Below are positions 1 through 9,726 of a DNA stretch of 64,000 bases, in pieces. The DNA is from an uncultured Treponema sp. (GTDB lineage Bacteria; Spirochaetota; Spirochaetia; Treponematales; Treponemataceae): NCBI GenBank assembly GCA_905236565.1, contig CAJORB010000043.1, positions 9,971 through 73,970 of the forward strand, in the 5' to 3' direction. The notes beneath the pieces were generated by a model, which saw only the letters and a program-made list of their open reading frames with translations, was not told where the DNA came from and made no database searches. Within the stretch, counting starts at the first letter, position 1. Every line of letters starts with the position of its first letter. The translations under genes were made by a program, and so were the position numbers.

Positions 1-840
1 CTCATACCCACCGATAATAACTCTTCCTCTTCTAATTAATGTAAATCCGGCTCCATATGTACTACCTGTTTCCAAAATGCCAATAAAACCATACGCATGA
101 TATTTTTTCGAATCTTCACCTTCTATCTCAAATTCAACCTTATCACTCCATTCTTTTTCATTTCCCCCTGGTAACTTTTCCTTATAAATTGACGGCATTT
201 CATACCTCAGCAATTCTATACCAGTACCCCCGTTATAAAAAATCTTTATTTTTTCTGTCCTCAAATCCACACGATACATTCCACGAAGTTTATCTTTCGT
301 ATTCTGTATTTGTCGGCCAAAGAGTTTCCTGTTTAAATTCCAGATTCTAATTGTAGTACCATGTTCTGATTTATCGCATTCTATTTCTTCATAAGTTATT
401 TCTTCATCTTTTGTGCGACTAAGTTTTTCTACATCAACAGAAGTTTTATATTTTTTACAACTATTCAGTTCTACTGTTTCAACACTCCAGTTAAGTCCAA
501 ACCAACAAGCCGCTGTTTTTAACCCCATTCCAAATTCTGAACGTGTTGATTTTTCTGGTTTGCTATCTAATATAATTGCACGCTGAAAATCCTTAAAATT
601 CATACCATATGCATTATCTTTTATTTCGATAAAAGGATTACCTTGATCATCTTTTTGATAAGTTATATATATATCAAGGCTTTTCCAGTCTTTTAAGGCT
701 TTTAACTCTCTTTCATGGTCATAATAACTTTGTGTTGAATTATCAACAAACTCTGCTATAGCGGTCCATGCGTCATATTTAATATTTTTATATGTTGCAT
801 ATACTCCTGTTGTTGGTCGAATATTTATAGTCTTTGCCAT
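1..840 (-). CDS. GHKL (MORC/MutL-like) ATPase, restriction-modification associated; partial, 3' end outside window
   Basis: Not in the ORF track; translated by hand from ATG at 840 (MAKTINIRPTTGVYATYKNIKYDAWTAIAEFVDNS...), open to position 1. GHKL motifs: EFVDNS, IKDNAYGM, SEFGMGLKTA, HGTTI; followed by S5-like GFTLIRRGRVI. Start overlaps the upstream stop (TAATG). Confidence 0.88.
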   Translation of the reverse strand, partial: MAKTINIRPTTGVYATYKNIKYDAWTAIAEFVDNSTQSYYDHERELKALKDWKSLDIYITYQKDDQGNPFIEIKDNAYGMNFKDFQRAIILDSKPEKSTRSEFGMGLKTAACWFGLNWSVETVELNSCKKYKTSVDVEKLSRTKDEEITYEEIECDKSEHGTTIRIWNLNRKLFGRQIQNTKDKLRGMYRVDLRTEKIKIFYNGGTGIELLRYEMPSIYKEKLPGGNEKEWSDKVEFEIEGEDSKKYHAYGFIGILETGSTYGAGFTLIRRGRVIIGGYE

Positions 841-2189
841 TATTTTATCTCCAATAGTCTTTCTGCAATGAGTCTTACAACCTCAACATTAACAGCATTT
901 CCAAAAGCTCTAAAAGCTTCTGCAATTGTATTTGGGAAGTTTTTTAATTCTTCCATGCCTTGCAGTTTTGCAGCTTCTTTTTTAGTCATATATCGCCCTT
1001 TTTTTCCATCTGGAGTCTTTACCCACGGGAAAATTGGAATTTGAGTTGTTGTTAAAACAAGTGCAGGAGAATATGTCGGAAGTTTTACTCGGATTCCTGA
1101 TGGGCGAAATTGTATTATTTTATCTTCAAGAATTGGTTTCGCTTTTTTATCTTTTCCACAGTTCCATTCAAATTTTTGATGACTATTTTCAAACCCCTCC
1201 CTTTGAATTTCTGGAAGCCATGTATCTAAAATGGCTTTATGTTTTATATAAAAATCACGATTCCATTTTATATAATTTTTTTTCCATTCAGGGAATTCTT
1301 CATCAGGTTTCATTACTGTTTGAGCATAAATTGGTAATTGCAATAACATATCATCTACAGAGTTACCTGTTAAAATTGTTCCAAATTTACCTCGTTTCCC
1401 TTCAAGTGATTTTTTATATTGACGACATGGAGGAGTTTTTTCGTAATTGTAATCTGCTCCCCATTCCATAGCCCAAATAGGAAAAGAGGGGATAGGTATC
1501 TTATTTTTCGTAAGTAAATCAAGAAAATCTTGCCAGGCTTTTAAATGCATTCTAGTTTGATCTCTTAGAGACATAAAATCACTGTTGTCATCTTCTGAGA
1601 TTATTTGTTTAATATTACACTCAAGCTTTTCTTCATGTGGAGGAAATTCAAAATCTTTCAATCCTCCTTTATCCCATAATCGTCCAGCAATATAAATTCG
1701 TTTTCTATGTTGAGGTATTCCAAAATTATGTGGCGATATAATAGCTGGTTTTACATCATACAATCTTTCAAGATTTGTTCTTATTACTTCCCAAGTATTT
1801 CCATTATCATGTGTCTGTAAATTTTGAACATTCTCAAGTAAAATATATTCAGGCTTTTTTGCCTCTAAAATTTCCATTATTTTCCAAAAAAGATTCCCTC
1901 TATCTTTTTCATCATTGAATCCCTGTTGTTTTCCAGCTTTAGAAAAAGGTTGACATGGGAAACCAGCACATAACATATCAAATTTTTGAGGAATTTCTTT
2001 TTCGATATCTACTTCATTTATATCACCAAAGCAGTCGATTTCAAAATTTTCTTTATAAAGAACTCTTAAATCTTCTTTTAGTTCACTCGCAAAAACACAT
2101 TTACCACCAAGTTTTTTCATTGCAAGATGAAATCCACCAATACCAGCAAATAAATCTATAAAAGTAAACCTTGTTTCTTCTTCAATCAT
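840..2189 (-). CDS. DNA (cytosine-5)-methyltransferase with long variable region
   Basis: Motif I FIDLFAGIGG, IV AGFPCQPFS, VI LLENV, VIII PQHRKRIY, X FGNAV. Confidence 0.95.
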   Translation of the reverse strand: MIEEETRFTFIDLFAGIGGFHLAMKKLGGKCVFASELKEDLRVLYKENFEIDCFGDINEVDIEKEIPQKFDMLCAGFPCQPFSKAGKQQGFNDEKDRGNLFWKIMEILEAKKPEYILLENVQNLQTHDNGNTWEVIRTNLERLYDVKPAIISPHNFGIPQHRKRIYIAGRLWDKGGLKDFEFPPHEEKLECNIKQIISEDDNSDFMSLRDQTRMHLKAWQDFLDLLTKNKIPIPSFPIWAMEWGADYNYEKTPPCRQYKKSLEGKRGKFGTILTGNSVDDMLLQLPIYAQTVMKPDEEFPEWKKNYIKWNRDFYIKHKAILDTWLPEIQREGFENSHQKFEWNCGKDKKAKPILEDKIIQFRPSGIRVKLPTYSPALVLTTTQIPIFPWVKTPDGKKGRYMTKKEAAKLQGMEELKNFPNTIAEAFRAFGNAVNVEVVRLIAERLLEIK

Positions 2190-2211
2190 TTATAAGTATC
2201 TCTTATTATTT

Positions 2212-3987
2212 TCACATTAAAACTATTTTGATAATCTTCATTAATTCTTTTATATATTCATTATCAAAATCAAGACTCTTACATAATCGTTTTCTACAAT
2301 TTTCAATATCAGCAGAAGTGCAATCATTCCCGACTTCGTCTTTTGCCCAATGTTCCAAGCGATCTTTATAATCTTCTTCCGTACAGTTTGGTTTTTCATA
2401 GGTGCTGGCATTCCACATAAGTTCTTCTGGCGTTTTTGTTGGAATAAAAAATAAATGACTTTTCAAAAAAGAAAGATAGCTCCGTTTTTCAGATTCAATC
2501 TGATAATCTGATTTTCCACTGTCAGACACAAAGCCTAATTTGTTTATATCTATACCTGTTATTTCTTTTATTTTAGAATCTAACTCTGATGCAGCAACAT
2601 CGTCATTATTTGGAATGGAGCAAATATTCATATCTCCATCAAGTATTAAATACACATTTTTTGTATCTAATCTTGACAATACAACGGCTTCTTTTAATAT
2701 ATCCTTTGCACCACCAGCATGATATATAATATCAACCGATTTTTCTGCCTCAGCATCATATAATCTTAAGCAAGCTATAAGTAATTCTTTTCCCGCACTG
2801 TCTTCGACAATTATTTTTGTCCTTTGTGTATTTGTGTGCCCAATATACTGAAATGCCAAATCTGGTTCGATACCAGATTTGGGTAAGAACATGCCATCTG
2901 GAGTTTGATGTAAAAGAACTATAGCTTCTTTTGGCAATTCTTCTACAATAGCCGGACTATGAGTTGACAAAATAACTTGAAGTCCGTTTAAGAAAATTTG
3001 ATTTAATAAAAAATCTAATAAGCGCTTTTGTGCACCAGGATGAAGAGAAACTTCGGGTTCATCTAACAAAACAAGAGTCCCTTTTTTTGCTTCATATACC
3101 TGATGTACTAATTTAACAACAGCAGATTCACCACTACCTGCAAAAGCTTCTGTGTAGTTACCATTAAAAGTCTCTGTATTTACATTTTTTAATTTAAAAT
3201 AAACACTGTTTCCCCATTGTTTATAAAAGCTATGATTCATGACTGTTATTTCTGAATATTTCTTATCAAGAATTTCTGAAATAATGCTAACTTCTTCGGC
3301 AGATAACTTAGAAATATTATCAACTTTTTTTACATTTCTATAAGTAAAACCTGATTTTACCCAACCATCAATAATGCCTTTTAAATATCCAGAATAATAC
3401 CTAATATAATCCTGTTTGGTCTTTAGAGTAACAGTATTAGGTTTATCGCCAAAATAAAAATATTTATCAAATGCACTTAATTCTCCACGAAAATCCAAAT
3501 ATATTACAGGTCTCTTTGTTCCATTCCAACGAGTTCCAGATGCCCCTGAAGTTTTTGCCATTTCCTTTGGAAAAGGTTTCATTCCATATTTTTCAACAGG
3601 ACGTGATGGTTCCCAGTAATCAGGATTATTACCATGCTTTATACGAGTATTCAGAACTTCAACATTTCTTTTTGCAACTAAACTATTGTATGAGTACCAA
3701 AATGCAGGTCGTGGATTTTCAGGTATCGGATCAACTCTGGTAGAAAACCATTTTTGAGAATAAGAACTTCCTCCTGGTGCCGTTTCTAACGCCTGTAACA
3801 CAGAAGTCTTACCGCATCCGTTCTCACCAACTAAGACTGTTAATGGAAACTGAAACTTTATTTCAGAATAAGGAACAAGCCCCTTAAAGCAAGGAAAGTG
3901 AATATCAGTGATAAAATCTGGATATTTTTCAAAACTGTTATCATGTTCAAAAATTTTTTGAATTTTTTCTATCAATTCTTTATTCAT
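2212..3987 (-). CDS. OLD-like ATP-dependent nuclease (ABC ATPase + TOPRIM)
   Basis: Walker A GENGCGKT, signature-like AGSGE, Walker B LLDEPE, H-loop STHS; C-terminal TOPRIM IIVED...AGG...LILDGD. Confidence 0.82.
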   Translation of the reverse strand: MNKELIEKIQKIFEHDNSFEKYPDFITDIHFPCFKGLVPYSEIKFQFPLTVLVGENGCGKTSVLQALETAPGGSSYSQKWFSTRVDPIPENPRPAFWYSYNSLVAKRNVEVLNTRIKHGNNPDYWEPSRPVEKYGMKPFPKEMAKTSGASGTRWNGTKRPVIYLDFRGELSAFDKYFYFGDKPNTVTLKTKQDYIRYYSGYLKGIIDGWVKSGFTYRNVKKVDNISKLSAEEVSIISEILDKKYSEITVMNHSFYKQWGNSVYFKLKNVNTETFNGNYTEAFAGSGESAVVKLVHQVYEAKKGTLVLLDEPEVSLHPGAQKRLLDFLLNQIFLNGLQVILSTHSPAIVEELPKEAIVLLHQTPDGMFLPKSGIEPDLAFQYIGHTNTQRTKIIVEDSAGKELLIACLRLYDAEAEKSVDIIYHAGGAKDILKEAVVLSRLDTKNVYLILDGDMNICSIPNNDDVAASELDSKIKEITGIDINKLGFVSDSGKSDYQIESEKRSYLSFLKSHLFFIPTKTPEELMWNASTYEKPNCTEEDYKDRLEHWAKDEVGNDCTSADIENCRKRLCKSLDFDNEYIKELMKIIKIVLM

Positions 3988-5026
3988 TTATCAATTCTCC
4001 AATTTTCCTTGCAAATTTTGGAGGCACAGCATTTCCTATCAGTCTAGCAGCTGTAAGAAGACTTTTTGTTTTAAATTGATAATTAAAAGGAAATGACTGC
4101 AAAGTTGCCCCTTCACGAATGGATAGACCTCTGTTCTGAACCGGGTGACCAAATCTTCCATTTGAAATGCTTAAAAATTTTGTTGTTATAGTTGGAGAAG
4201 GAGTATCCCAATATAATCGCCCATAGACATCTGTAAAAGATTTATCATGACCGACATAACATTTTTGAACTAAATCTTTATTATCCTTATATGAAAGCCT
4301 TGTTCCTCCATCTTCAGGAGTATTTTCTAGTCGAATAATATTTAAGTCCGATAATTTTTTTGCAGAATGAAATCTTGCTACATTCAAATCTAATTCTCCA
4401 GCAGAAATTGGCGGAAAAAGATTCTGGTTACCTATGGATTCACGTACCGTGTAAATATGATTTTCTGTTTCTGGCAAATGAATATGTCTATTCAGTCGGG
4501 TTGCTATTAATGAGAATCTTTTTCTATTCTGAGGAATACCATAATTTTTCATATTTACAACATCATAAACGCAGCGACCATTTTCTTTATTGCCGTAACC
4601 CAGTTCATCAATCTTAGCCAAAAAATCATTTAAAATTGTCTCTTTATTACTCATTATTCCAGGAACATTTTCAACTAAAATATATCCTGGGCGGTAATAT
4701 TCAATAAACTTTTCAAAATATAAAAGTAAATCTTTTGTTTTTCTAGATTTTTCTTTTGAAGATCGGATAATACTATAAAACTGGCATGGACTGCAACCAA
4801 CAAAAATCATTCCATCATCGTTACGATGCACTCCGAATTCGTTTTCAAAATATTCTATTGGAAGTCTTGTTATATCAGCATTTACAAAAGTTGCACCTTG
4901 ATTGTTAAATTCATAAGTTTCTTTTGCTTCTGGGTCTAAATCTACACCTGCAATGACTTCTATTCCAGCCTGAATGAGTCCGTTTGTCATGCCTCCGCCA
5001 CCGCAGAAGAAATCAATTGCACGCAA
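3980..5026 (-). CDS. DNA (cytosine-5)-methyltransferase
   Basis: IDFFCGGGG, GCSPCQ, LVENVPG, PQNRKRF, IGNAVPP; TTG start preceded by a GGGGGA ribosome-binding site. Confidence 0.95.
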   Translation of the reverse strand: MRAIDFFCGGGGMTNGLIQAGIEVIAGVDLDPEAKETYEFNNQGATFVNADITRLPIEYFENEFGVHRNDDGMIFVGCSPCQFYSIIRSSKEKSRKTKDLLLYFEKFIEYYRPGYILVENVPGIMSNKETILNDFLAKIDELGYGNKENGRCVYDVVNMKNYGIPQNRKRFSLIATRLNRHIHLPETENHIYTVRESIGNQNLFPPISAGELDLNVARFHSAKKLSDLNIIRLENTPEDGGTRLSYKDNKDLVQKCYVGHDKSFTDVYGRLYWDTPSPTITTKFLSISNGRFGHPVQNRGLSIREGATLQSFPFNYQFKTKSLLTAARLIGNAVPPKFARKIGELINE

Positions 5027-5112
5027 GGTATAATTCCCCCATTTTTTATAACTGTCTAATTATAACTAAAAATGCATGAAAAGTAAAAGAAAATCTTACA
5101 TAATTATCATTT

Positions 5113-5571
5113 ATGGACACCCTTACTCCCGAAGAACGCCACAAAAACATGTCTCACATACGATCAAAGGACACTAAGCCCGAAAAACAAATCCGCTCTG
5201 CCCTTTTTAAAGCCGGTTTTCGCTACAGAATCTGTGACAAACGATATCCGGGGAAGCCCGACTTGATTTTTCCACGCTACTACGCAGTAATTTTCATAAA
5301 CGGCTGTTTCTGGCACGCACATGAGGGCTGTAAATATTTTAAAGTTCCTGACTCAAATTCAGCTTTCTGGAAGGCAAAGTTTAAACGAAACAAAGAGCGT
5401 GATGCAGAGGTCATTCAAAAATACAAGGATGAGTGCTGGAGAATCTGCGTTGTATGGGAATGTTGTATCCGCGGTAAAAACTCAAGACAGAAAATCGAAA
5501 ACGTAACAGGTCAGATTATCGAATGGCTCGAAGAATCATCTGATCCGTTTCTTGAAATAAAAGGCTATTAA
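5113..5571 (+). CDS. vsr: Very short patch repair endonuclease
   Basis: MDTLTPEERHKNMSHIRSKDTKPE, GKPDL, FINGCFWHAH, VVWEC; divergent from the C5-MTase operon. Confidence 0.95.
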   Translation: MDTLTPEERHKNMSHIRSKDTKPEKQIRSALFKAGFRYRICDKRYPGKPDLIFPRYYAVIFINGCFWHAHEGCKYFKVPDSNSAFWKAKFKRNKERDAEVIQKYKDECWRICVVWECCIRGKNSRQKIENVTGQIIEWLEESSDPFLEIKGY

Positions 5572-6443
5572 TCGATTCCTGCCTGTCTTACCATCTCCCG
5601 AAGTTTCCTGGCGTTTCTGGCTCCGCTGCCGTTCGGGTGATTGTTAAAATAAACCTGTGTTTTCTTTCCTTCATCAACTGCTTTTTTTATAATGGGAACA
5701 AAAAGATTGAGTTCTTCATCGTTATAATCATAAGAATATCTGGAACTTCCGTTCGGGGAATCTCCGGCAGTATACGTCGCTTTCGCGCCGTTTGCATGAG
5801 TGGAAGTTATTGACGTTTGTGTCTTCGGCACATGCGCATACCAGCTTTCTGCATTCCGTCCATGGAGCCGTATATATGCATTATCCCCGACAAAAGGAGT
5901 ATTTAATCTGGTTCCGTCCGGAAGATTCTTTAACTGCGGCATATCGCAGAACACAAGTCCTGCCCCGCGTTTTTCAAGTCCTTCAAAAACAGATTCCCTT
6001 ATCCATTCTCTGTGGCGAAACTCTACTGCAGAAGGAAAGCCTTTAAACTTACCTAGGATTTTAGAAAGATATATTCTGTTATCATCGGTATAATGAAAAC
6101 TCTCCGGAAACTGGAACAGCACACTCGAAAGAACTCCCTTATTCATAAGCGGCATTACGGCACTCTTAAATTCTTCTGCATTATTTTCCCATGAGCGAGA
6201 TATTTCATGAGTTAAAAGTCTGTTTGCCTTTACAGAAAAATTCAGCTTTCCCTCGGACCTTTCATAAAACGAAAGAAGTTTGTCATAAGACGGCATGTTA
6301 TAAAAAGTATTATTCAGCTCAAGTGCATTAAACTGCGTGGCATAATATGAGAGAAAATCTTTTCTTTTTAAATCAATCGGATAGAAGACATCCTTCCATT
6401 CAGGATAATCATATCCGCTGGTTCCGATAAGAATCTGAGGCAT
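5568..6443 (-). CDS. DUF72 (YecE-like) family protein
   Basis: IGTSGYDYPEW, ELNNTFY, LFQFP, VEFRH, YIRLHGRN, YFNNH. Confidence 0.9.
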   Translation of the reverse strand: MPQILIGTSGYDYPEWKDVFYPIDLKRKDFLSYYATQFNALELNNTFYNMPSYDKLLSFYERSEGKLNFSVKANRLLTHEISRSWENNAEEFKSAVMPLMNKGVLSSVLFQFPESFHYTDDNRIYLSKILGKFKGFPSAVEFRHREWIRESVFEGLEKRGAGLVFCDMPQLKNLPDGTRLNTPFVGDNAYIRLHGRNAESWYAHVPKTQTSITSTHANGAKATYTAGDSPNGSSRYSYDYNDEELNLFVPIIKKAVDEGKKTQVYFNNHPNGSGARNARKLREMVRQAGID

Positions 6444-6490
6444 TTTAAAATCCGCCCTTAATAAAAAATTCTTTTCTCCACTTTTTCATG

Positions 6491-7330
6491 CTACACCCTT
6501 CTCCCCTTTTTACTCGGAATCAAAGCAAGCATCAGAAGACATATTAAATAAGGCAGTGCAAGAAGCAACGCAGACGGCACGTTCTTAAGGCATTCTATAT
6601 TCTGAATATTGTTTGCAAGATACTGCGCTACAGAAAAGACGAGTGCCATCAATATCACTTTAACGTCATCTTTTTTTCCTAAAAAAACTATTGCAAGGCT
6701 TGTCCAGCCGATTCCGCTTGATATATTCGGAACAAACGATGAAAGCCGCAAAAGCAAAAGCACTCCCGTAACAGAGCCTGTTAAACTTGCAAGTACCCAC
6801 GACAATATCCTGTAATGCGAAGGCTTTACTTTTGCACTCTCCAGAACTTCGCTGTCGCTTCCTGTTATCCTTAAGTAAAGTCCTTTCTTTGTTCTGTGCA
6901 AAAAAAAGTAAGATAAAGTTACTATTATTATTCCGCTTAAAACTGAACAAAATCTAAAAACGTTCTGGCTAAAGTTTAGACTTTCACTGGTTAAAACTCC
7001 GCGGGTTTTAAATATCACTGCAGAAAATGCCGTCACGAGTGACAAAAGAAAAATATTCTGCGATAACGATGCGATAAAAGAATTAAATTTAAATTTTTCG
7101 ATTATAAAGCTTACTGTAAAAACAAAGACCGCAGGGATAATCATGCAAAGAATAATTCCGAGTGCAAAGCTTCCTGTCTTAACTGCAACTGCATAACAGA
7201 TAAAAGCGCTCATCGTTATAAGACCGTCAAGAAAAAATACCATGCGCCCTGCGTATTCAGAATAAAGTGCGCCAAGCGATACGATTATAAGAGGCATTGC
7301 AGATGCGAGTATAAAAATAATCGTGTTCAT
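6491..7330 (-). CDS. ABC transporter permease (nucleoside/sugar type)
   Basis: Hydrophobic; LGALYSEYAG, GLYLRITG, GIGWTSLAIVFLG, ALPY. Start set at ATG 7330, overlapping the upstream stop (ATGA) with an SD. Confidence 0.85.
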   Translation of the reverse strand: MNTIIFILASAMPLIIVSLGALYSEYAGRMVFFLDGLITMSAFICYAVAVKTGSFALGIILCMIIPAVFVFTVSFIIEKFKFNSFIASLSQNIFLLSLVTAFSAVIFKTRGVLTSESLNFSQNVFRFCSVLSGIIIVTLSYFFLHRTKKGLYLRITGSDSEVLESAKVKPSHYRILSWVLASLTGSVTGVLLLLRLSSFVPNISSGIGWTSLAIVFLGKKDDVKVILMALVFSVAQYLANNIQNIECLKNVPSALLLALPYLICLLMLALIPSKKGRRV

Positions 7331-8259
7331 TTTTTTCTCCACAAGATTTTTTTAAAATTAAATTTTGACAGCGCAATGTTTCCGGCTAAGATAAAGATTA
7401 CGATTCCCTGTATGATTCCTGACATGTCAAATCCGAAATTGTTTACTAAAGAAAAGCGCGATGCACTTGTATAAAGCCACGATAAAAATAATCCCGACGG
7501 AATTACAAACAAAGGATTTTTTCCTGCTAAAAGTGCACACGTCAATGCGTTCCAGCCCATCGATGTTGCAAAGCCTTTGTAGCACGAAAAATATGTTCCG
7601 CATACTGCAACAAATCCTGCAAGTCCATGAAAGGCTCCATCAACAAAAAGTGTTGAGTAAACATTGCCTCTTAATGATAAGCCGCTGTATACTGCAAACT
7701 CTTCTGACTTTCCGAATATCGAAACTCTTTTTCCCCATGATGTTTTTTTAAATACAAAATGTAAAAGCGCACACAATATAGGCACTAAGATTATGCTTAA
7801 GTTTAAAGGCGATGGCTCGAGTATCGATTTCAATCTTAAATTTTCTTCAATAAATTCTGTTGCCAAAAGATTCCCTTCTTTTGTTCTGTACGTTACACTC
7901 GATAAATAATCTATAACCGGAATCAAAGCAGACGACATCAAATATGTCGTTAAAAGCACGTTCACTTTTTTTGCGACATAAAAAAATGCACTCATACATT
8001 CAAAGGCTCCGGTTACAAAAAGCGTAATTAAAAGAGAAAGGATTATGTTAAGAGCAGGCGGCATAAAAGAAAACTTTACAAGACACATTGCAGAAACAAA
8101 GCCTGCAAGATAAATCTGTCCGTCGCCGCCAAGATTATAATATCCGCCTTTTAAAGAAAGCACGTTTCCAAATGCGCTTATAGACATTAAGACAAACATG
8201 TTAAGCCATAAGCCCGTGTAATAAGAAGAAGTAAATATTCCGGTTAAAAAATCAAGCAT
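7327..8259 (-). CDS. ABC transporter permease (nucleoside/sugar type)
   Basis: YNLGGDGQIYLAG, GWNALTCALLA; hydrophobic; operon context. Confidence 0.85.
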   Translation of the reverse strand: MLDFLTGIFTSSYYTGLWLNMFVLMSISAFGNVLSLKGGYYNLGGDGQIYLAGFVSAMCLVKFSFMPPALNIILSLLITLFVTGAFECMSAFFYVAKKVNVLLTTYLMSSALIPVIDYLSSVTYRTKEGNLLATEFIEENLRLKSILEPSPLNLSIILVPILCALLHFVFKKTSWGKRVSIFGKSEEFAVYSGLSLRGNVYSTLFVDGAFHGLAGFVAVCGTYFSCYKGFATSMGWNALTCALLAGKNPLFVIPSGLFLSWLYTSASRFSLVNNFGFDMSGIIQGIVIFILAGNIALSKFNFKKILWRKK

Positions 8260-8262
8260 ATT

Positions 8263-9726
8263 CTACTCCTTCCAAAGTCTTCCGGCTTCGAGCCTGTAAT
8301 ATCTGTCGCACATTTTCTGCGGTATATTCTGTGTCGTAAGAACCAAAACTGCGCATCCGTCTTTTTTAAGTTGTGTAAATCTATCAAGTATTATCTCTGA
8401 CTTTTCCATATCAAGTCCTGCAAGTGGTTCGCTTGCAATTAATATATCGGGTTTACAGAAAAGCTCGCGCTCTAAGATAAGGCGCTGGAGCATTCCGCCA
8501 GAAAGGGATTTTACTTTCTGACTTTTAAGGATGTCAAAACCAGAGCGATTGATAATTTCATCGACACCCGCGCCGTTTTCTGCAGAACCAGCACGCGCGG
8601 TCTTCTTCGAGCACCCGGACACCGCAGCCTCGTACAGCAGTTCTTCGATTGTAAGCTCCGGATTTGAGCCGCGCATTGTCTTGTCGCTCGGCACTATCGA
8701 AACTTTAAGACCTGTCTTTTTATAAAGTGCTCGACGCAAAAAGTGTGGGCTTATTTTATTTACAACAATTTCTGTTTTGTTTTTAGAAAAAATAAATTCT
8801 GCCCTGCATTCCTGCATTCCTGTAATGCAGTCTTCTAAAGTTAAAAGCCCTGCTTCTGCAAGCCCCTTTATTACGGTAAGCTCACCTGCTTTTACTGTAA
8901 ACGAAATGTCTTTTATAAGAGGCTTGTCTATCGGAGCGCACGAAAGATTGTTTACGGTAAAGCTGTGCGCGGCGTTCGCCGAGCCGGCGTTATCCTGCGA
9001 GTATGCACTGGCAGATGCGGTATCACCCGGCGCGATTTTTTCATCCTTCGAAAATGTCCTTATTTCTTTTTCGATTTCTTTTACGACTTCTTCTTTAAAT
9101 TCTTTTGTCTTTAAATTTAATTCAGCATAAGTCTTAATTAATTTTCCTTTCTGTAAAAGAAAAATGTTGTCTGCGTAAAAGGCAAGTTCTTTTTTGTCAT
9201 GAGTAATCAAGATAATTGTTTTTAACTTTTTTAATTCACAGAGATTTTTAAATAAAATTTTTCGTTCTTCTTCTTCGAGATATGCACCAGGTTCATCAAG
9301 CAAAAGAATATCGTATTCTTTCATAAGGCATGACAAAAGCGAAGTATAAAAACGTTCGCCTCCTCCTGTGTCACAAACCTTTGCATTAAGATTTAACCGT
9401 GGTGCCCATTTTTTAATTAATTCATTTAATTTATTTTCGTTTTCTTTTGTAGATTTTATTCCGAGTAAAATATTTTCTTTTACGCTTATCGATTCTGCAA
9501 CAAGCGGTTTTTGATTTACGATTACGATTTTATTTTCTTTTGTAAAATCAATCGTTCCTGACGTAAGTTCAACTGAACCGCTTATTATTTTTGCAAGAGT
9601 AGATTTTCCTGCCCCGTTTTCGCCTGCAAAAACATTTAACGCATAAGGCGTAAGTTTTAGCGAAACGTCATCGAGGGCAGTTTTTTTATCATATCTTTTT
9701 GTTACATGCGATAAGACTAGTTCCAT
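8263..9726 (-). CDS. ABC transporter ATP-binding protein with two nucleotide-binding domains
   Basis: GENGAGKST, LLLDEP, and LSGGMLQR in the second domain. Confidence 0.9.
   Translation of the reverse strand: MELVLSHVTKRYDKKTALDDVSLKLTPYALNVFAGENGAGKSTLAKIISGSVELTSGTIDFTKENKIVIVNQKPLVAESISVKENILLGIKSTKENENKLNELIKKWAPRLNLNAKVCDTGGGERFYTSLLSCLMKEYDILLLDEPGAYLEEEERKILFKNLCELKKLKTIILITHDKKELAFYADNIFLLQKGKLIKTYAELNLKTKEFKEEVVKEIEKEIRTFSKDEKIAPGDTASASAYSQDNAGSANAAHSFTVNNLSCAPIDKPLIKDISFTVKAGELTVIKGLAEAGLLTLEDCITGMQECRAEFIFSKNKTEIVVNKISPHFLRRALYKKTGLKVSIVPSDKTMRGSNPELTIEELLYEAAVSGCSKKTARAGSAENGAGVDEIINRSGFDILKSQKVKSLSGGMLQRLILERELFCKPDILIASEPLAGLDMEKSEIILDRFTQLKKDGCAVLVLTTQNIPQKMCDRYYRLEAGRLWKE

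Noticed and set aside
8263-9726. Degenerate Walker A/signature motifs suggesting a pseudogene
   Set aside because: Asymmetric degeneration of the two domains is normal for sugar/nucleoside ABC ATPases; the ORF is intact.
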